64,000 bases of DNA, from assembly GCA_009103225.1 (NCBI GenBank), contig RHPI01001259.1:186001-250000 (forward strand). The letters are read 5' to 3'. The notes below the pieces were generated by a model. That model saw only the letters and a list, made by a program, of their open reading frames with translations, did no database searches and was not told the DNA's origin. Made by a program: the position numbers and the translations under genes. Positions 63,235 through 64,000 of this stretch are shown here, one piece after another (position 1 is the first letter of the stretch; every line of letters begins with the position of its first letter). Source of the stretch: Chlorokybus atmophyticus (lineage: Eukaryota > Plantae > Mesostigma and Chlorokybus algae).

Positions 63235-64000
63235 ATGGCGGCGGCGGCGGCGGCGGCGGCGTGGCGGATTGTGTCGCTGAGGAGGCCGGTGTTGAGCTGT
63301 GGAGGTGCTGTTGTGAGGCAAACCCCTGTGGCTTGTAGCCGGAGGAGTCTTACTGCCGGTGCATGGCTCGTCCAACGCAGCTACCAGCGGAGAGTTTTGA
63401 CTAGCACAGCGCAGCGACTTGGCAAGCAGTAAGCACCCGGCATCGCATCCTACTTGAGCTGACAGCAGCTTGGTAGATAAACATGTGTTTTCTCTTGCCT
63501 TTCTCATGTTATTTGTGTTTTTCATTGCATTTTCCAGTGTTCATGGTCACAATGTATGTATGGTCCGTGCAACCCCGTTGTTGCCAATGGAGAGCTGGTA
63601 TTCTATTTGCAGCCCTGTGCATGTCAATGCATGTTGATCCTTACTGGCACTCCGCATGCTGTAGTGAGCACTGCGACCTTGCTTTGATGCATGGACACGA
63701 GCATGCCCAAATGCATGCCGACATAAGAGCTTGCTTTGTCATGTCCCTTCTTAATTACCACTGTTGTTAGCAGTGCCCGCAGGCCTTGTCGATGCGTGCC
63801 GCTGAGAAGCCATGTATCTTTTGCGACAAGTGCTTCCATAGGTATGCATCGTCTACGATGCTGACAGTGCATGAAGCACTTGGCATATGTGCGTGCGACT
63901 GCAGCAGTCTGAGTGTTGTCGTGTCGTGTTGCACATTCTGCAGATGATAAAACCGCAGCTACAGCATCAGGCCCACTCCTAGACGAAGCACCCGTGCTGT
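63235..64000 (+). CDS. 5' part of a probably organelle-targeted protein; runs off the window, identity unknown
   Basis: MAAAAAAAAWRIVSLRRPVLSCGGAVVRQTPVACSRRSL is Arg/Ser/Ala-rich and acid-free, like a transit peptide. There is a GTAAGC donor at about 63429 and frame-compatible downstream exons (about 63771-63840 and 63943 onward). Confidence 0.55.

Overview
Eukaryotic nuclear DNA, most likely from a green alga. The evidence is spliceosomal introns (GT-AG, some GC-AG), the plastid-related genes PPD2, GUN4 and DGD1, and (CA/TG)- and GCAT-rich introns. No prokaryotic features, CRISPR arrays, rRNA or tRNA were found. Exons were stitched by eye, giving about 12 apparently intact intron-containing genes: IRE/MAST-type AGC kinase (5'-partial), PPD2, GUN4, SAM50, RFT1, CDC6-like, NOC3, DGD1, an uncharacterised SAP + HNH-nuclease protein, a soluble PAS-PAS hybrid histidine kinase, an uncharacterised protein with a PIP-box-like motif, and a 3'-truncated, probably organelle-targeted gene. 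The 13.4-25.3 kb interval is a decay zone. It holds GST-theta and F-box/LRR pseudogenes, long GA/TC microsatellites with N bases, hairpins, tandem duplications and an AT-rich island. A degraded CRE-clade non-LTR retrotransposon (RT thumb + CCHC + restriction-like endonuclease) lies at about 58.1-60.0 kb. The most interesting leads are the SAP-HNH gene, the PIP-like orphan gene with an E2F/CHR element upstream, the head-to-head CDC6/NOC3 pair sharing a palindromic E2F site, and recurrent intronic palindrome clusters. All assignments come from motif recognition without database searches. Exon boundaries are approximate where stated.
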